From: an uncultured archaeon
GTDB lineage: Archaea > Thermoproteota > Nitrososphaeria > Nitrososphaerales > Gagatemarchaeaceae
DNA length: 64,000 nucleotides
Direction of reading: 5' to 3'
Assembly: GCA_963799775.1 (NCBI GenBank)
Contig: CAWCYD010000003.1
Location: forward strand, 1,088,001 to 1,152,000
Shown here one piece after another: positions 10,058 through 21,183 of this stretch. Both the position numbers and the translations under genes were made by a program. Below the pieces are notes generated by a model, which worked only from the letters and a program-made list of their open reading frames with translations, was not told the origin of the DNA and ran no database searches. Each line of letters starts with the position of its first letter. Within the stretch, counting starts at the first letter, position 1.

Positions 10058-12007
10058 GCCCAGATGTCCATCTCCTCCGACTCGGCTTCCTCGGCTTCTC
10101 GGGCCTCTTCGGCTCTGGCTCGCGCGCTCCTCCGTCTTGCCGCAATCACCGCGAGGACGACGATGGCCGCACCGACCACCAAGGCCAGCGCGGTCGTCGT
10201 CTGTGGGGAAAGGATCGATCCCGAACTAGAACGAACTGCGGCCGAACCGGATCCGATAGAGTTCCCCACCGCGATGACCGTATTTCCCGCGGAGAACGCG
10301 GAGAGTGGGAGGTCGGCGCAGACGGTGGACCCGTTTCTTGTCGGGCCGCTGGTGTTGACCCACCTGCCGCTGAGAAGGTATTGCAGGGCGAAAGAAGAGT
10401 TGGCCCGGGGCTGGTCTATGCAGACGGTCGTAGTGCCGTTGCCTATCCCCCAGACGGCGATTCTCATAGAACGCGATGGGCGACGAGACAAGGCCCTGGG
10501 CCGCCTCTGCGTAGACAGGCTCCTGCGGCCCCAGGTCGGCGGTGTAGACGTTCGCGGTGGAAGCAGAAGCGACCCCGGTGGCAGCCACCTTGACTCCTGT
10601 CAGCGCGCTCTGGTCGGCGACCACCGTGCATACTTCCTGCTCTCCCACCTGATGGCAGTTCTGACCCGATTGGCCGTTCTGGTTCGCCCTCTCCGTCGCA
10701 TTCGAGATGCTTATGGTTGTTCCAGCCGTCACGATGGCCGAGGAGCTGAACTCTAACACCCGATAGTTGCTCTCGTCCGCGACCCACAGGTCGCCTGAGG
10801 GGTCGAATCCTAGCCCGAGCGGGTTGTTGAGCCCCGTCTGATTCGTTGCAGAGACGCTGCTGGTGAACTCAGTAAGGCCGCTTGACTGGCCTATCACGAA
10901 GGACGACGATTCACCATCTTTGAAGGGCGGCTTGAACCCCAGGACCCGGTTGTTCAAGTGATCAGAGACCCAGAGGTCGCCGGACGAATCGAAGGCAATG
11001 AAGGTGGGCCCGTCCAACGTGCTCGACGTGTCTGCGGCAGTCTCGTTGGTGAACTGATGGGCTCCAGGGGGTTGGCCGAGCTCAAGGGCAGCAGGCGGGT
11101 CATTCATGTTCAGAGACGAGTTCGCGAATTCCAGAACCCGGTTGTTGTTCTCGTCAGAAACCCAGAGGTTTCCTTGCTTGTCGAAGGCCAAGCTCTGAGG
11201 CCCGAGGAATCTCGACTGTGTTGCCGTTACGTTCGTCGAGTAGTCATCCAGGCCGACCTGGCCCACGACGATGGAGGCGTTCATGCCGTCGCTGAATGGC
11301 GGCCTGAACTCAAGGACGCGGTTGTTGCCACGGTCAGCCACCCAGAGATCCCCCTGGTGGTCGAAGGCGACATCGATCGGGGCGGTGAACTCGTCTGCGA
11401 GGTGCGGGTTGACGAACTGGAGCGGAAAGTGAGGGACGGCGTCGTTGGTGCTGAACTCCCCGCTCCCAGCTGGCTGGCCCAGCTCTAAGGAGGCGTTCAT
11501 CCCGTCGGTGAAGGGCGGCTTGAACTCAAGGACGCGGTTGTTCTGCAGGTCAGAGACCCACATGTCGCCTGACGAATCGAAGGTCACGCTCGTAGGCTCG
11601 GAGAGTTGCGACTGGGTGGTCGCGCCCGAATTGGAGTCGAGGTTATCTTGCCCGATCACCAAGGAGGCGTTCATTCCGTCGGTGAAGGGCGGCCTGAACT
11701 CAAGGACGCGGTTGTTGTCCTCGTCCGCGACCCAGAGGTTACCCGAAGAGTCGAACGTCGGTTTGAATGGATGAGCGAGGGCGCTTGGGGTGGATGCCCG
11801 GATGGAGGATAGGAAGTCCACCTGGCCGATGACTGTGGAAGCGAACTGTCCCCCGGTCTGGAATCCGCTCACCGGGGGACGCGGGATCACGGTAGCGATA
11901 AAGGCAGAAGCGAGGAGCAACCACAGGGCCACGACGGCGCACGACTTTATTCCGGAGCTCCTGTCGTCCTCCCTGGGACGACCGATGGAGGAGTGATGGG
12001 CAGTCAG
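10054..12007 (-). CDS. NHL-repeat beta-propeller surface protein 3 (frameshift near 10461)
   Basis: ORFs 10226..12052 and 10054..10491. Comparison with the paralogous DNA at ~8580 shows a one-base insertion (gatTctcatag vs gatctcatag). C-terminal TM then RRR. Start codon uncertain. Confidence 0.85.
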
Positions 12008-12041
12008 GCCGGTACAGGCACCTCCTCTGACTGGTGGCAAC

Positions 12042-13869
12042 TCAGCCACCACCCAGCGACCCCTGGGCCATCGGGAGGAGCTGGTATGGCCGCATCATCT
12101 CGTTGTCCTCGTGCTCCAGTATGTGACAATGCCAGACATAGTAGGGGGCAGCGGTAGCGTCGAAGGAGAACTCTGTGCCGGTCCTCGGGGCGAATCTCAC
12201 GATGAGCCGTGTTATCAGGTCGGGATACGCCTTGATCGTGTCCTTCCAACCGGCCTCCTCGGGCGGGACCAGGAAGGGGAGGTCCTCGAAGTACGGTGTC
12301 GGGTCTAGGAGATTCCCCGCGCCTGCCCCCGCCGCGAGATTGGGATTTGCCGCAAGGTAGTCGGCCGAGTACTTTTCTGCGTTGAACTCTTGTCGGTTGA
12401 GAATCTGGAACTGGACCAAGTGGATGTGGATGGGATGCGCGTCCTCGGTTATGTTGAGCAACTCCCAGACCTCCGTGGACCCCATCACGGGGTTCTCTGT
12501 TATCGGGTTTCCCCAGTTTGTGTTGTTGAGCAGGCTTATGGTCGGACCCGCGGAGGTGTCGAACTCGTTGAGGAGGAGCCTCCTCGTCGTCGAGACGCTC
12601 TCCCCCGCTAGGGGCAGCTTGGGCACCTGCACGAGCGAAGATGGGAGGACGCTCCTGTCGGGCACCTTGGGACTCGACGACGTTGAACTGCATTATCTGC
12701 CCGGTCGTCTCGGTGTCCGGAAGGTCTCCCCCTGGATAGGGGCCGGGTGCCGTGTTGTAGAGGATGGCCTTGTCGCCCACCTCGAGGGCCGAGAAGTCGA
12801 CCACCGTGTCGGCTCGTTCCGCGGGGGCCAGGAAGATGTCCGAGATCTGGACGGGCGCCGAGAGGTATCCTCCGTCGGTCCCGATCTGATAGATCTTCAC
12901 AGGCTCGTCGGCGAAAGAGAGGTCGTAGAAGCGAGCGTTCGAGCCGTCCAGGAATCTGAGGCGGTATTTCCTCGGCTCGACCTCGAGGTAGGGCCAGACC
13001 ATCCCGTTAACAAGGATCGTGTCGCCGAAGTACTCTGGGATCCACATGGGATGGAGGCTCGGGTTCACCCCCTGGTTAGGATAAAGGATCGAGCCGTCCG
13101 AGTTGAAGAGCCTGTCTTGGATGAGCAGGGTGACCTCGTAGGGCCATCCGACTCGCTTCCCGTTCTGGACTATGGGAGGGTCGTTAGCACCGCCCGGGAG
13201 GGCGGCCTCGAACTGGAGGGTCGGGTCTCTGATGAAGTAGAAACCCGCCAATCCCGCGCAGACGTTCAGCCTAGTGATCCCGAGGGCGTGGTCGTGGTAC
13301 CAGAGCGTCGTCGCGTCCTGAGAATTCGGGTAGTCGTAGGTCTGGTTAGTCCACCCGGACCCCGTGGTGTTGAAGTTGAAGGAAAACCAGGCGGTCGGGT
13401 TGCCGTCGCTGTCCGCTCTTACCTCGGCACCGTGGAGGTGGACGACCGTCCTGACGTCGGGAGCACCGTATACTCCGTGGATGGTCACGTCGACCGTGTC
13501 TTGGAAGAGATGCGTCGTTGGGAGTTCGTTCAGGTATGTGACAGATATTGGGACCCCCTTCACGGCCTCGAAGGAAGGGCCAGGGTACGTCCCGTTGTAG
13601 CCCCAGAGCGGCGTGGGAGGGAGCTGGCTGTGGAGCTGCTGCTTGAACTCTGTCATCTTGATGTCGAAGGAGGTGCCGCCGGGGCTCGATGGGGAGATCA
13701 CGCTCGGGATGGGCAGGGGGTCGACGAATTTAGTGAGCTTCTTCGAGTTAAGTTGGGTTATCGTCGACGGGTGGCTCGAGGGCAGCACGAACCTAGAGAC
13801 GCCGTAGCCTAGGGCTGCGACCCCGACGACGCCGCCGACGGCCGCGGCGATGAATCTGCGCCTGTTCAT
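12042..13869 (-). CDS. Tat-exported three-domain multicopper oxidase, CotA/bilirubin-oxidase-like (frameshift near 12670)
   Basis: Tat signal MNRRRFIAAA; Cu ligand motifs VHLHG, WYHDH, HPIHIH and WHCHILEHEDNEMM all intact. Confidence 0.92.
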
Positions 13870-13888
13870 CCGAAGCCTCTACCGGCGG

Positions 13889-14636
13889 TCACACCAAGTT
13901 CACTATGAAGCCGAGGAGGAATCCAAGGAAGACACCGAGATAGCCCAGCCGTTGCGAGCCGAGGGAAGGGCACCTGAAGATGGCCTTGAGCATCGGAAGG
14001 ACCGCGTACAGAATGGCTCCGAGGGCTAGGCCGTAGAAGACGAGGTTGAAGCTTGCAGAGCTGTAGTAGAACCCAATAGCGCCGCCAAACACCGCCGGCA
14101 GGCCTCCGATGAGGAACAGCACCGTGATCAAGCCTACTTTGCCCTGGGGCTTCCCCAGGAAGGGCAGGGCGATCGGGAACCCTTCGGTGATGTTCTGCAA
14201 GATGAATCCCACAAGGATGACGAGCGCCGCCCTCGAGAGACCGAACGCGATCGTAAGCGATCCGAAAACGAGCCCCTCTGTCAGGTTCTGGAATGCCATG
14301 CCGACGGCTATGATTGACGCGAGCTGGCTGGGAGACAGTCCCTTCTTCGACCTGCTCTCAGCGAAGAAGAGGACGAGGAACCCGAACGACAAGGAGATTC
14401 CAAATATCGCGTCGTTCGTGGCGGAGGGCCCGTACTCCGTAGAGGGACCCGTTATACAGAGACGCCGCTGCGTCGGTGAAGATGTCGCCCACCAGGAATA
14501 CAAGGATTCCTGCGGCTATCGCAGTAAGGAGCGTTATCCTCAGAGCACCGGTGTCCTTATGGAGGACTATGGGGAGGGAGATGAAGATCGAGAGGCCCAT
14601 TATCGCGGAGAGCGCGATGGTCTCTGCGAAGTCCAT
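13889..14636 (-). CDS. ZIP-family divalent metal transporter (frameshift near 14430)
   Basis: TAIAAGILVFL, GMAFQNLTEGL and GFILQNITEGF (QN..EG variants of the ZIP HN..EG motifs). Confidence 0.85.
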
Positions 14637-14728
14637 GATGTTCGCGATAATAACAGGCCTTATAATTCATACGGTGTTAACGTGAACTGTTAACAGTGTT
14701 ATTAACGGAGACCGGGGCTCTCAGCGCG

Positions 14729-15238
14729 TTACTGCGTCGCGAAGTTGAAATCAAAGCCCTGCGTCTCGGTCGCCCCGGCCACAAGCTCGGTCGCCGTCCC
14801 CTTCAACTCCCACGTACCCGCGCTGGTTATCGGAGTGGTCACAATCACGTCTCCAAGGTTGACGTCTACCGTCTCGTTCAACAGATGAGTCGATCCGGGA
14901 GTCAGCACGAGGTTGTCAAACCAATCCGATGAGGTGAGGTCATTTCCGTTCTGACTGATCAAGTATGAGGCGCTCTGGTACGTGATGTTCTTGTCCGACG
15001 CGTTGTGAACAGAGATGACGATTAGCAGGATAATGTCAGCGCTGTTGTATTCCGTCACCTTACCGGACTGCAGGTTAATGACGACTCCCGTGGGAGTCGG
15101 ATGCTGCACTAGGATGACGGCTGCGATGGCGACGATTATGACTACGACACCCAGGATGACGCCAATCCTGATCTTGTTGGAAGGCCGCCACCTCAGACGG
15201 CTCCATCCCCTCTGGCTCGTCTTGACTTTCCAGTCGGG
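14729..15238 (-). CDS. Membrane-anchored Ig-like (LEA_2/DUF4352-type) hypothetical protein
   Basis: Open frame extends upstream of the tracked ORF through TM IGVILGVVVIIVAIAAVILV; beta-rich domain with ISVHNASDKNIT. Start codon unclear. Confidence 0.55.
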   Translation of the reverse strand, partial: PDWKVKTSQRGWSRLRWRPSNKIRIGVILGVVVIIVAIAAVILVQHPTPTGVVINLQSGKVTEYNSADIILLIVISVHNASDKNITYQSASYLISQNGNDLTSSDWFDNLVLTPGSTHLLNETVDVNLGDVIVTTPITSAGTWELKGTATELVAGATETQGFDFNFATQ

Positions 15239-15364
15239 TCAGTCGTCGATGTGAGATGGCTTTCTGGTATCGCGCGCGTGTCACGCCGTGCATCTATGCG
15301 ACCGTCGCTGCGGTACTCCGTGCCCCGCTTAAGAACGCATCGAAGCGTGTGTGGATTCCCTGCG

Positions 15365-15940
15365 CTACCTGACGGGACGCGTATATGGGGAGCGAGAGAT
15401 TAGTCTGAGGTAGTAGTAGACCGAGACAAGGTCCAAGACGACTATCGCTCCGATGATCTCTTGCTGATATGATGCGAAGAAAGAGATGGCTCCGCTTACC
15501 TCAAGGCTGTTGAGCCCTATGAAGTAGAGGGCAGGACCGAGGAGAGGGATGCTGCAGGAGCAGCTCGCCGCGATCGCGCCGATAGCGACGCCGATTGGGC
15601 TCTGGGCGACCCCGGTGAGAGACCGTGCCTTCCTGGAGCCCCACAGGTAGGACAAGGCAACTGTGGCCAAGAGAGAAGAAGCAAGAACGAGTAGCACGAA
15701 GAGGTAATAGGGGATGACGAGGAAGAAGAGCCCTGCGTTGGAACGAGTTATCGTCTCGTAGAAGAAAAGGTAGTAGACCCCGAAGAAGAGGGCGTTGATG
15801 AGGAGTGTCTTCCAAGAAGAGTAGAGGGAAAGAAACGCTCTTCTGATCGAGGGCGGATGCGAGCCCGCGGGGGACTGCGACTGCAGATCGTTCTGAAGCA
15901 AGGATCTTCCCGCCACAACTCTGACGCGGATTGGTCTCAT
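15365..15940 (-). CDS. Membrane protein with a CSC motif
   Basis: About 4 TMs; GAIAASCSCSIPLL is a possible metal/redox motif. Confidence 0.65.
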   Translation of the reverse strand: MRPIRVRVVAGRSLLQNDLQSQSPAGSHPPSIRRAFLSLYSSWKTLLINALFFGVYYLFFYETITRSNAGLFFLVIPYYLFVLLVLASSLLATVALSYLWGSRKARSLTGVAQSPIGVAIGAIAASCSCSIPLLGPALYFIGLNSLEVSGAISFFASYQQEIIGAIVVLDLVSVYYYLRLISRSPYTRPVR

Positions 15941-15967
15941 CCCGCGATTTAATGGTTTGGAGCGCAG

Positions 15968-17005
15968 AGGTGTGTCGAATAACTAATCGTTTGGTCAAGG
16001 TTCCCTCGCTCAGGTGGATGAGAGGAGAGGGAATCCTCTCATGATGGCGTGGTCACGAAGAAGAAGCGCAACTGGAAGGAGTACAACGAGTCGCTGGTGA
16101 GGAGGGGAGAGCTCCTCTTCGATACCGATTTTTTATCTGGATGGAGCGCAGAACTAGGGAAGCTCAACGAGGAGAAGGAAGGAGCGAGATATCGCTATCC
16201 AGACTCGTTAATGAGTATGCTCGCAGCCATCCACGTCTACCTGCTCCCGTACCGGGAGCTGGAGGGGTTCCTCAGGATGTTCGCGGGACACGTGGAAGGG
16301 CTCAAGGTCACAGACTACACCACGATGTGGTGGCGGATATCGCGAGTAAAGATAGAGCTGGACCCGAACGTAGACCCAGACGAAGACGTCACCATAGCGG
16401 TTGACTCGACCGGGATCAAGGTCTCCAACCGAGGGGAGTGGATAAGGCAGATGTGGGCGGTGAAGCGAGGCTTCATCAAGGTCCACCTGGCCGTGGACGT
16501 CAAGACCGGGAAGATACTCTCGATGGAGGTGACGAAGGACGACGTGCACGACAGGAGGATGCTCGTCCCTCTGGTGGAGGGAGCGTCGTCGAAGGCGAGC
16601 GTCACGAGGGCGATAGCGGACGGGGCGTATGACTCGAGGGAGATATTCAGCTACCTGGACTCGAAAGGGATAGAGCCCGTGGTCAAGGTGCGAAAGGACG
16701 CCTCTGTGCACTCTCTCGGGTGCATGCCCAGGAAGCTCGTCGTGATGGAGCAGCTGAGGGACAGGGAGCGGTGGAAGAGGAGGCACGGGTACGGTCAGCG
16801 GGCGAGGGTCGAGTCGGCGATATCCTCGTTCAAGCGTACGTTCGGGGAGCACATAACCTCGGTGAAGTGGGAGAACATGGTGAACGAGCTCCTGCTGAAG
16901 GCACAGGTCTACAACCTGTTCGTCGGGATCTCGAACCCCTAGACGAGAGGCGGGCGGAGTAGCGATGCGCGAAAGTAGCCGATCGTGAAGTTATTCGACA
17001 CACCT
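15968..17005 (+). mobile_element. Complete IS5-family (IS903/ISH1-like) insertion sequence
   Basis: Perfect 17-bp terminal inverted repeats AGGTGTGTCGAATAACT (15968-15984 and 16989-17005), flanked by direct repeat GAGCGCAG (15960-15967 and 17006-17013); single transposase ORF inside. Confidence 0.95.
16049..16942 (+). CDS. IS5-family DDE transposase
   Basis: NWKEYNESLVRRG N-terminus; IAVDSTG, ADGAYD and YGQRARVESAISSFKRTFG DDE motifs; uninterrupted. Confidence 0.95.
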   Translation: MVTKKKRNWKEYNESLVRRGELLFDTDFLSGWSAELGKLNEEKEGARYRYPDSLMSMLAAIHVYLLPYRELEGFLRMFAGHVEGLKVTDYTTMWWRISRVKIELDPNVDPDEDVTIAVDSTGIKVSNRGEWIRQMWAVKRGFIKVHLAVDVKTGKILSMEVTKDDVHDRRMLVPLVEGASSKASVTRAIADGAYDSREIFSYLDSKGIEPVVKVRKDASVHSLGCMPRKLVVMEQLRDRERWKRRHGYGQRARVESAISSFKRTFGEHITSVKWENMVNELLLKAQVYNLFVGISNP

Positions 17006-17070
17006 GAGCGCAGAGAGAATGGCGACCAAGCTATGGGCAAGTTTCGAAGAGTCTAAATCGAGAAGTTCGA

Positions 17071-19149
17071 GTGGGACGTCAAGGGAAAGGGTTCCGGGGA
17101 ATCTTGAAACTCCAAAAGCGTCGGTCGGCTTTGGCGACCATAGTAATCCTGGCCCTGCTAGTCGTCCTCGGGACAAGCTCGGTGCCAATCTCCCACGGCG
17201 CCCAACCTTCTACGTCGGCAAACTGGACGGGGCATGAGAACAACTTCCCGCTGAACTGGAGCTATGACAATCAGACCACCATAAACAGCAACAACGTCGG
17301 CCAGCTCCAGGTGAAGTGGACGTTCCCCGTCCCCTCCGCCCCGCCGGGACAAATCACGACGGCCGAGGGCGTGATGGTGACTCCCCTCATCTACCAAGGG
17401 ATCGTGTACGGCGTGACCAACTGGAACCGCATCTATGCGCTTAACGCGCAGAATGGGGACGTAATCTGGTATGTAGACCTGCCCGAGATGACCAACTACT
17501 CGCTCTATTTGCAGCCCTCCGTGCCCGGACCGCTCGGCGTCCCCTTAGGACACTATCACGCGATGTTCTTGACGACGCAGCTTTGGGGCGAACCTCTCGT
17601 CTGGGTGGTCTCGAACACCTATCAGGTGTTCGCGCTCAAGGCCTCGACCGGAGACATCGTCCTCAATTTCAACCCGTTCGTCTCAGACCGGCAGGCCGGC
17701 ATAGCAGGGAGCTATGGTCTCTATGACGAGGACACGCCCGACATGCTAATCGACCAACGGCACGCCGTCCTGATATTCTCGCCTTCGGTGACCGAGGGGG
17801 ACAGCGCAGGCAGGGGCTTCATCGAGGGATGGAGCGTCTCGACAACCACGCCCAAGTTCCTCTGGAGGACATACGTCATTCCGCCTCAGGACGGGAGCGA
17901 ACCGCAGTGGTCGCTTGACTCCGTCATGAACATGAGCCACGCATACATCTTCAACGGGACGGGCGCCGTAGACCTGAAAGCACTTCCACCGTCGCAGTTG
18001 AGCTCCATGCTCACCGGTGATTGGGGGAACTTCGGGTTCAACGGCACGAACAGCTTCGCGGGAGATAGCGCTGCTTGGGGAGGAGCGTGGGCGATCGACG
18101 AGGAGACGGGGACGGCCTACGTGGGGACCAACGTGCCGGGGCCGGACTGGAACGCCACTTACCGGCCAGGGCCGAACCTTTGGTCGGCCTCCGTTCTCGC
18201 GCTGAACGTGACGAGCGGCAAGCTGGTGTGGGGATTCCAGGCGGTCCCTCATGCGTTGGGAGACTTTGACTGCTCCTGGAACGTCATGCTCGCGAACCAG
18301 ACCATTAATGGGCGGAGCACTCCGGTGATCTACAAGGGGTGTAAGAACGGGTACATCTTCGCCCTGAACGGGACCACGGGACAGATGCTGTGGTATCTGA
18401 AGCCGCCGTCGATTCGGTATGAAAATGTAATCGCGCTCAACCCGCTCAACGCCACCCAGATGGACAAGTACAACTGGGACGGCTATCCCTCCACGCGCCC
18501 CATAGTCCAGAACCCGGCGGACACGGGCGCGCTCGAATCGGACCTGGCCTTCGACCCCAGCAAGAACCTGGTCTTCGCGGCGACCTACAACGACCCGAAG
18601 AACTTCACCTACAGCGACGTGGGGCCTCCGAAGACGCCCGAGAACATCACGCAATGGGAGTTCACGTGGGGCGTCCAGATCCTCAAAATCATCCCGCTGG
18701 GGTCGCAGAACACCACAATCTACGCGATTGATGCTTCCAACGGCGAGGTCCAATGGGCATTCCCCATACCCAATATCGCGTATCGAGGAGGCCTGACGAT
18801 CAGTGGCGGGGTGGTCTATGCGTCCACCCTGGACGGCACTCTGTGGATGATCAACGAGGGCTCTGGGAAGTTGATTGCGACCAAGTCAATCGGAGGCTCG
18901 CTTCTCATCCAGCCCTCTCTTGGTGAAGACGCGAGCGGCTCGATGACGCTGGTCCTCACGGACATGGGCTCCACTCGCTGGGGTCCGCCATTTCCCGGCT
19001 TCATCCAGGCCCTAGGGCTCCCTTCGCCCACAGGTGGGAGCGGATCGCAGGGGACCGTGATCGAGGCCTCGGCGGTCGCGGTAGTCGCAATCGTGATCGT
19101 GACTGCTGTGGCCCTAGTCAGATATCGAAGAGACTGGAGGCGATATTAA
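17071..19149 (+). CDS. PQQ-dependent-dehydrogenase-like beta-propeller 1, C-terminally membrane-anchored
   Basis: INSNNVGQLQVKWTF, TPLIYQGIVY, YRPGPNLWSASVLALNVTSGKLVWGFQAVPH, KNGYIFALNGTTG; C-terminal TM then RYRR. Confidence 0.88.
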   Translation: MGRQGKGFRGILKLQKRRSALATIVILALLVVLGTSSVPISHGAQPSTSANWTGHENNFPLNWSYDNQTTINSNNVGQLQVKWTFPVPSAPPGQITTAEGVMVTPLIYQGIVYGVTNWNRIYALNAQNGDVIWYVDLPEMTNYSLYLQPSVPGPLGVPLGHYHAMFLTTQLWGEPLVWVVSNTYQVFALKASTGDIVLNFNPFVSDRQAGIAGSYGLYDEDTPDMLIDQRHAVLIFSPSVTEGDSAGRGFIEGWSVSTTTPKFLWRTYVIPPQDGSEPQWSLDSVMNMSHAYIFNGTGAVDLKALPPSQLSSMLTGDWGNFGFNGTNSFAGDSAAWGGAWAIDEETGTAYVGTNVPGPDWNATYRPGPNLWSASVLALNVTSGKLVWGFQAVPHALGDFDCSWNVMLANQTINGRSTPVIYKGCKNGYIFALNGTTGQMLWYLKPPSIRYENVIALNPLNATQMDKYNWDGYPSTRPIVQNPADTGALESDLAFDPSKNLVFAATYNDPKNFTYSDVGPPKTPENITQWEFTWGVQILKIIPLGSQNTTIYAIDASNGEVQWAFPIPNIAYRGGLTISGGVVYASTLDGTLWMINEGSGKLIATKSIGGSLLIQPSLGEDASGSMTLVLTDMGSTRWGPPFPGFIQALGLPSPTGGSGSQGTVIEASAVAVVAIVIVTAVALVRYRRDWRRY

Positions 19150-19247
19150 CGGAACTCCGAGTGTTATATCGATTTGACTGAAAGAAAAAATCGAGCCGAA
19201 TATGAGAATCTTTTATTAGCTCGTCAACTGTCGAGCCGCGCTGAATT

Positions 19248-21183
19248 ATGGGTTTTCAGCGGATTCTCACCAGACCAGTAATCATTGCGGTCATCGTCCT
19301 CCTCTCCTTCGGTGGGTTCGCGAACGTCATCGTGCATGCAGCAACTACCATCTCGCCCTATCCCAACTGGCCGGCCTCGTCGTACAACTTCCAGAACACC
19401 AATAACGATCCGCAGGATGTGATCAACGTCAACAACGTCCAATACCTGGAGCCCAGCTGGATCTACGAGGGTCCCGGTCAACCCATTCAGCATCCCCGGC
19501 GCCCCTCCCGCGCTAGGGGTGGAGGCGCAAGAACTCGTTGTGAACGGGTTTGACTATGTGGCGACTCCTTACAACTCGATAATAGCGCTCAACACGGAGA
19601 CCGGAAACGTCGCTTGGACTTACCCAATCAACATGACTCAGTTTGTCGGCGAAAAATGGTGGTCTGGCGCGTACGTGATAAGCGGGATATCTGACTACAA
19701 CCAGACCATCTACGTCACCGCCTCGAACACAGCCATCTATGCGCTCAACGCACTCAACGGCAGCCTAGACTGGATGATTCCGCCAATCGCGGCGAACATC
19801 CCTGGCAACACCGGGACTTATTATGGTGAAAAGGCCCCGATACTGGTCGGCGACAACCTGATCGTGAGGGCGTCCACTACGGACTACGGAGGAAGGGGCT
19901 TCGTCGCAGCCTACAACATAGACACGAAGAAGCTGGTCTGGCAGTGGTACTCGGTGCCGTCCGCGACCACCCCTGACCCCAACTGGGACTCTCAGGACGT
20001 GGTGACGCTCGCGAACGGGACGACCGTGAACTACGGCCAGGCTCAAGGGAACATCACGCCGTATACGGGGGACTGGGGGACAACCAACCAGTCGGTCTCT
20101 CTCATTGGGGGAGGAGCGGCATGGGGTCTAATCGCCGTCAACAACCAGACAGGCGTAATCTACTTCTCGACAGGCCACCCATCCGATGGGTACGATGCCT
20201 CCCTGCGACCAGGCCCGAACCTGTTCACGGACTGCATCGTGGCGCTCAATTCGACCACCGGAAAGATGATCTGGTACTACCAGATGACCTCGCACGACAT
20301 CACCGAGCACGAAGGCGGGTGGAGCGACAGCCTCTCGACCATCACGCTCTCCAACGGGCACCTCGGTCCAGGTCGTGATCCAGGGGGCCAAGAACAACGA
20401 GGTCTATGTGCTCAACGCCGCGACGGGCAAGCCTGTGTACACCCCGATCATGGTCGGCCCGAAGTCTTCAAACAACTGGAACGACGGCCTAACCGCGACT
20501 GCCAACCTCACGGCGTCTCAAGCCCTGTTTGGGAGTAAGGACATCTGCCCGGGGCCTGACGGTGGGATCGAGATGGCGCCCGCTGTCGACGGCAACATGC
20601 TCTATTTGGTCACCCAGAATGCTTGTGGGGTGATGAGCTACGCGGCCGGTGCTTATCCGTATAAGGGCCAGAACATCAACGGATACATCTACACCGACGA
20701 CCCCGCGGCGCAGGAGAATGGGACCGTCTACGCGATCAACCTCGCCAACGGGCAGCCGGTCTGGGATTACAACCTTCCCAACAGGTACCAAGGTTCGTCT
20801 GCTGTAATCAGCGGCGGGGTGCTCTACATCATCGACAGGGCAGGAATTCTCTACATGTTTGATGCCGCGAACGGGAACCTGCTGAAGAACTTCCAACTCA
20901 ACGGCATCGGGGCTGCTGGAGTCTCAATCGCGACCAACACTGAAGGGACCATGACGCTCTTCGCTCCGGCAGGTGGAGGGCCTTGGGCGGTGCCACTCCG
21001 GGCGTCGTGGTCGCTTACAATATAGTCAACGCCCCCCCGCCCGGCGGCGGGGCCGTCTACGAGCCCATCATAATAGCGCTAGGAGTGCTCGTGGTAGTCC
21101 TCACCATGTACGTGCTGCTAAGCAGGAGGAGAAGGGAAGCTACGCCATCTCGCGCGAAGCCTCCGCGGACTCGCGCCCTCTAA
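19248..21183 (+). CDS. PQQ-dependent-dehydrogenase-like beta-propeller 2 (frameshifts near 19490, 20365, 20980)
   Basis: Consecutive ORF fragments 19248, 19519, 20375 and 20983 carry INVNNV, GRGFVAAYN, LRPGPNLFTDCIVALNSTTGKMIWYYQ, CPGPDGGIE and a C-terminal TM then RRRR. Confidence 0.85.

Noticed and set aside
8900-11760. Regularly spaced ~50-bp repeats as a CRISPR array or DGR template
   Set aside because: They are in-frame NHL blade codons separated by long coding segments; no cas or reverse transcriptase gene and no adenine-specific variation.
12382-13812. Long antisense ORFs (e.g. 476 aa here, also 59648..60679 and 46253..47197)
   Set aside because: Shadow ORFs expected opposite real genes in GC-rich DNA; no recognisable motifs.
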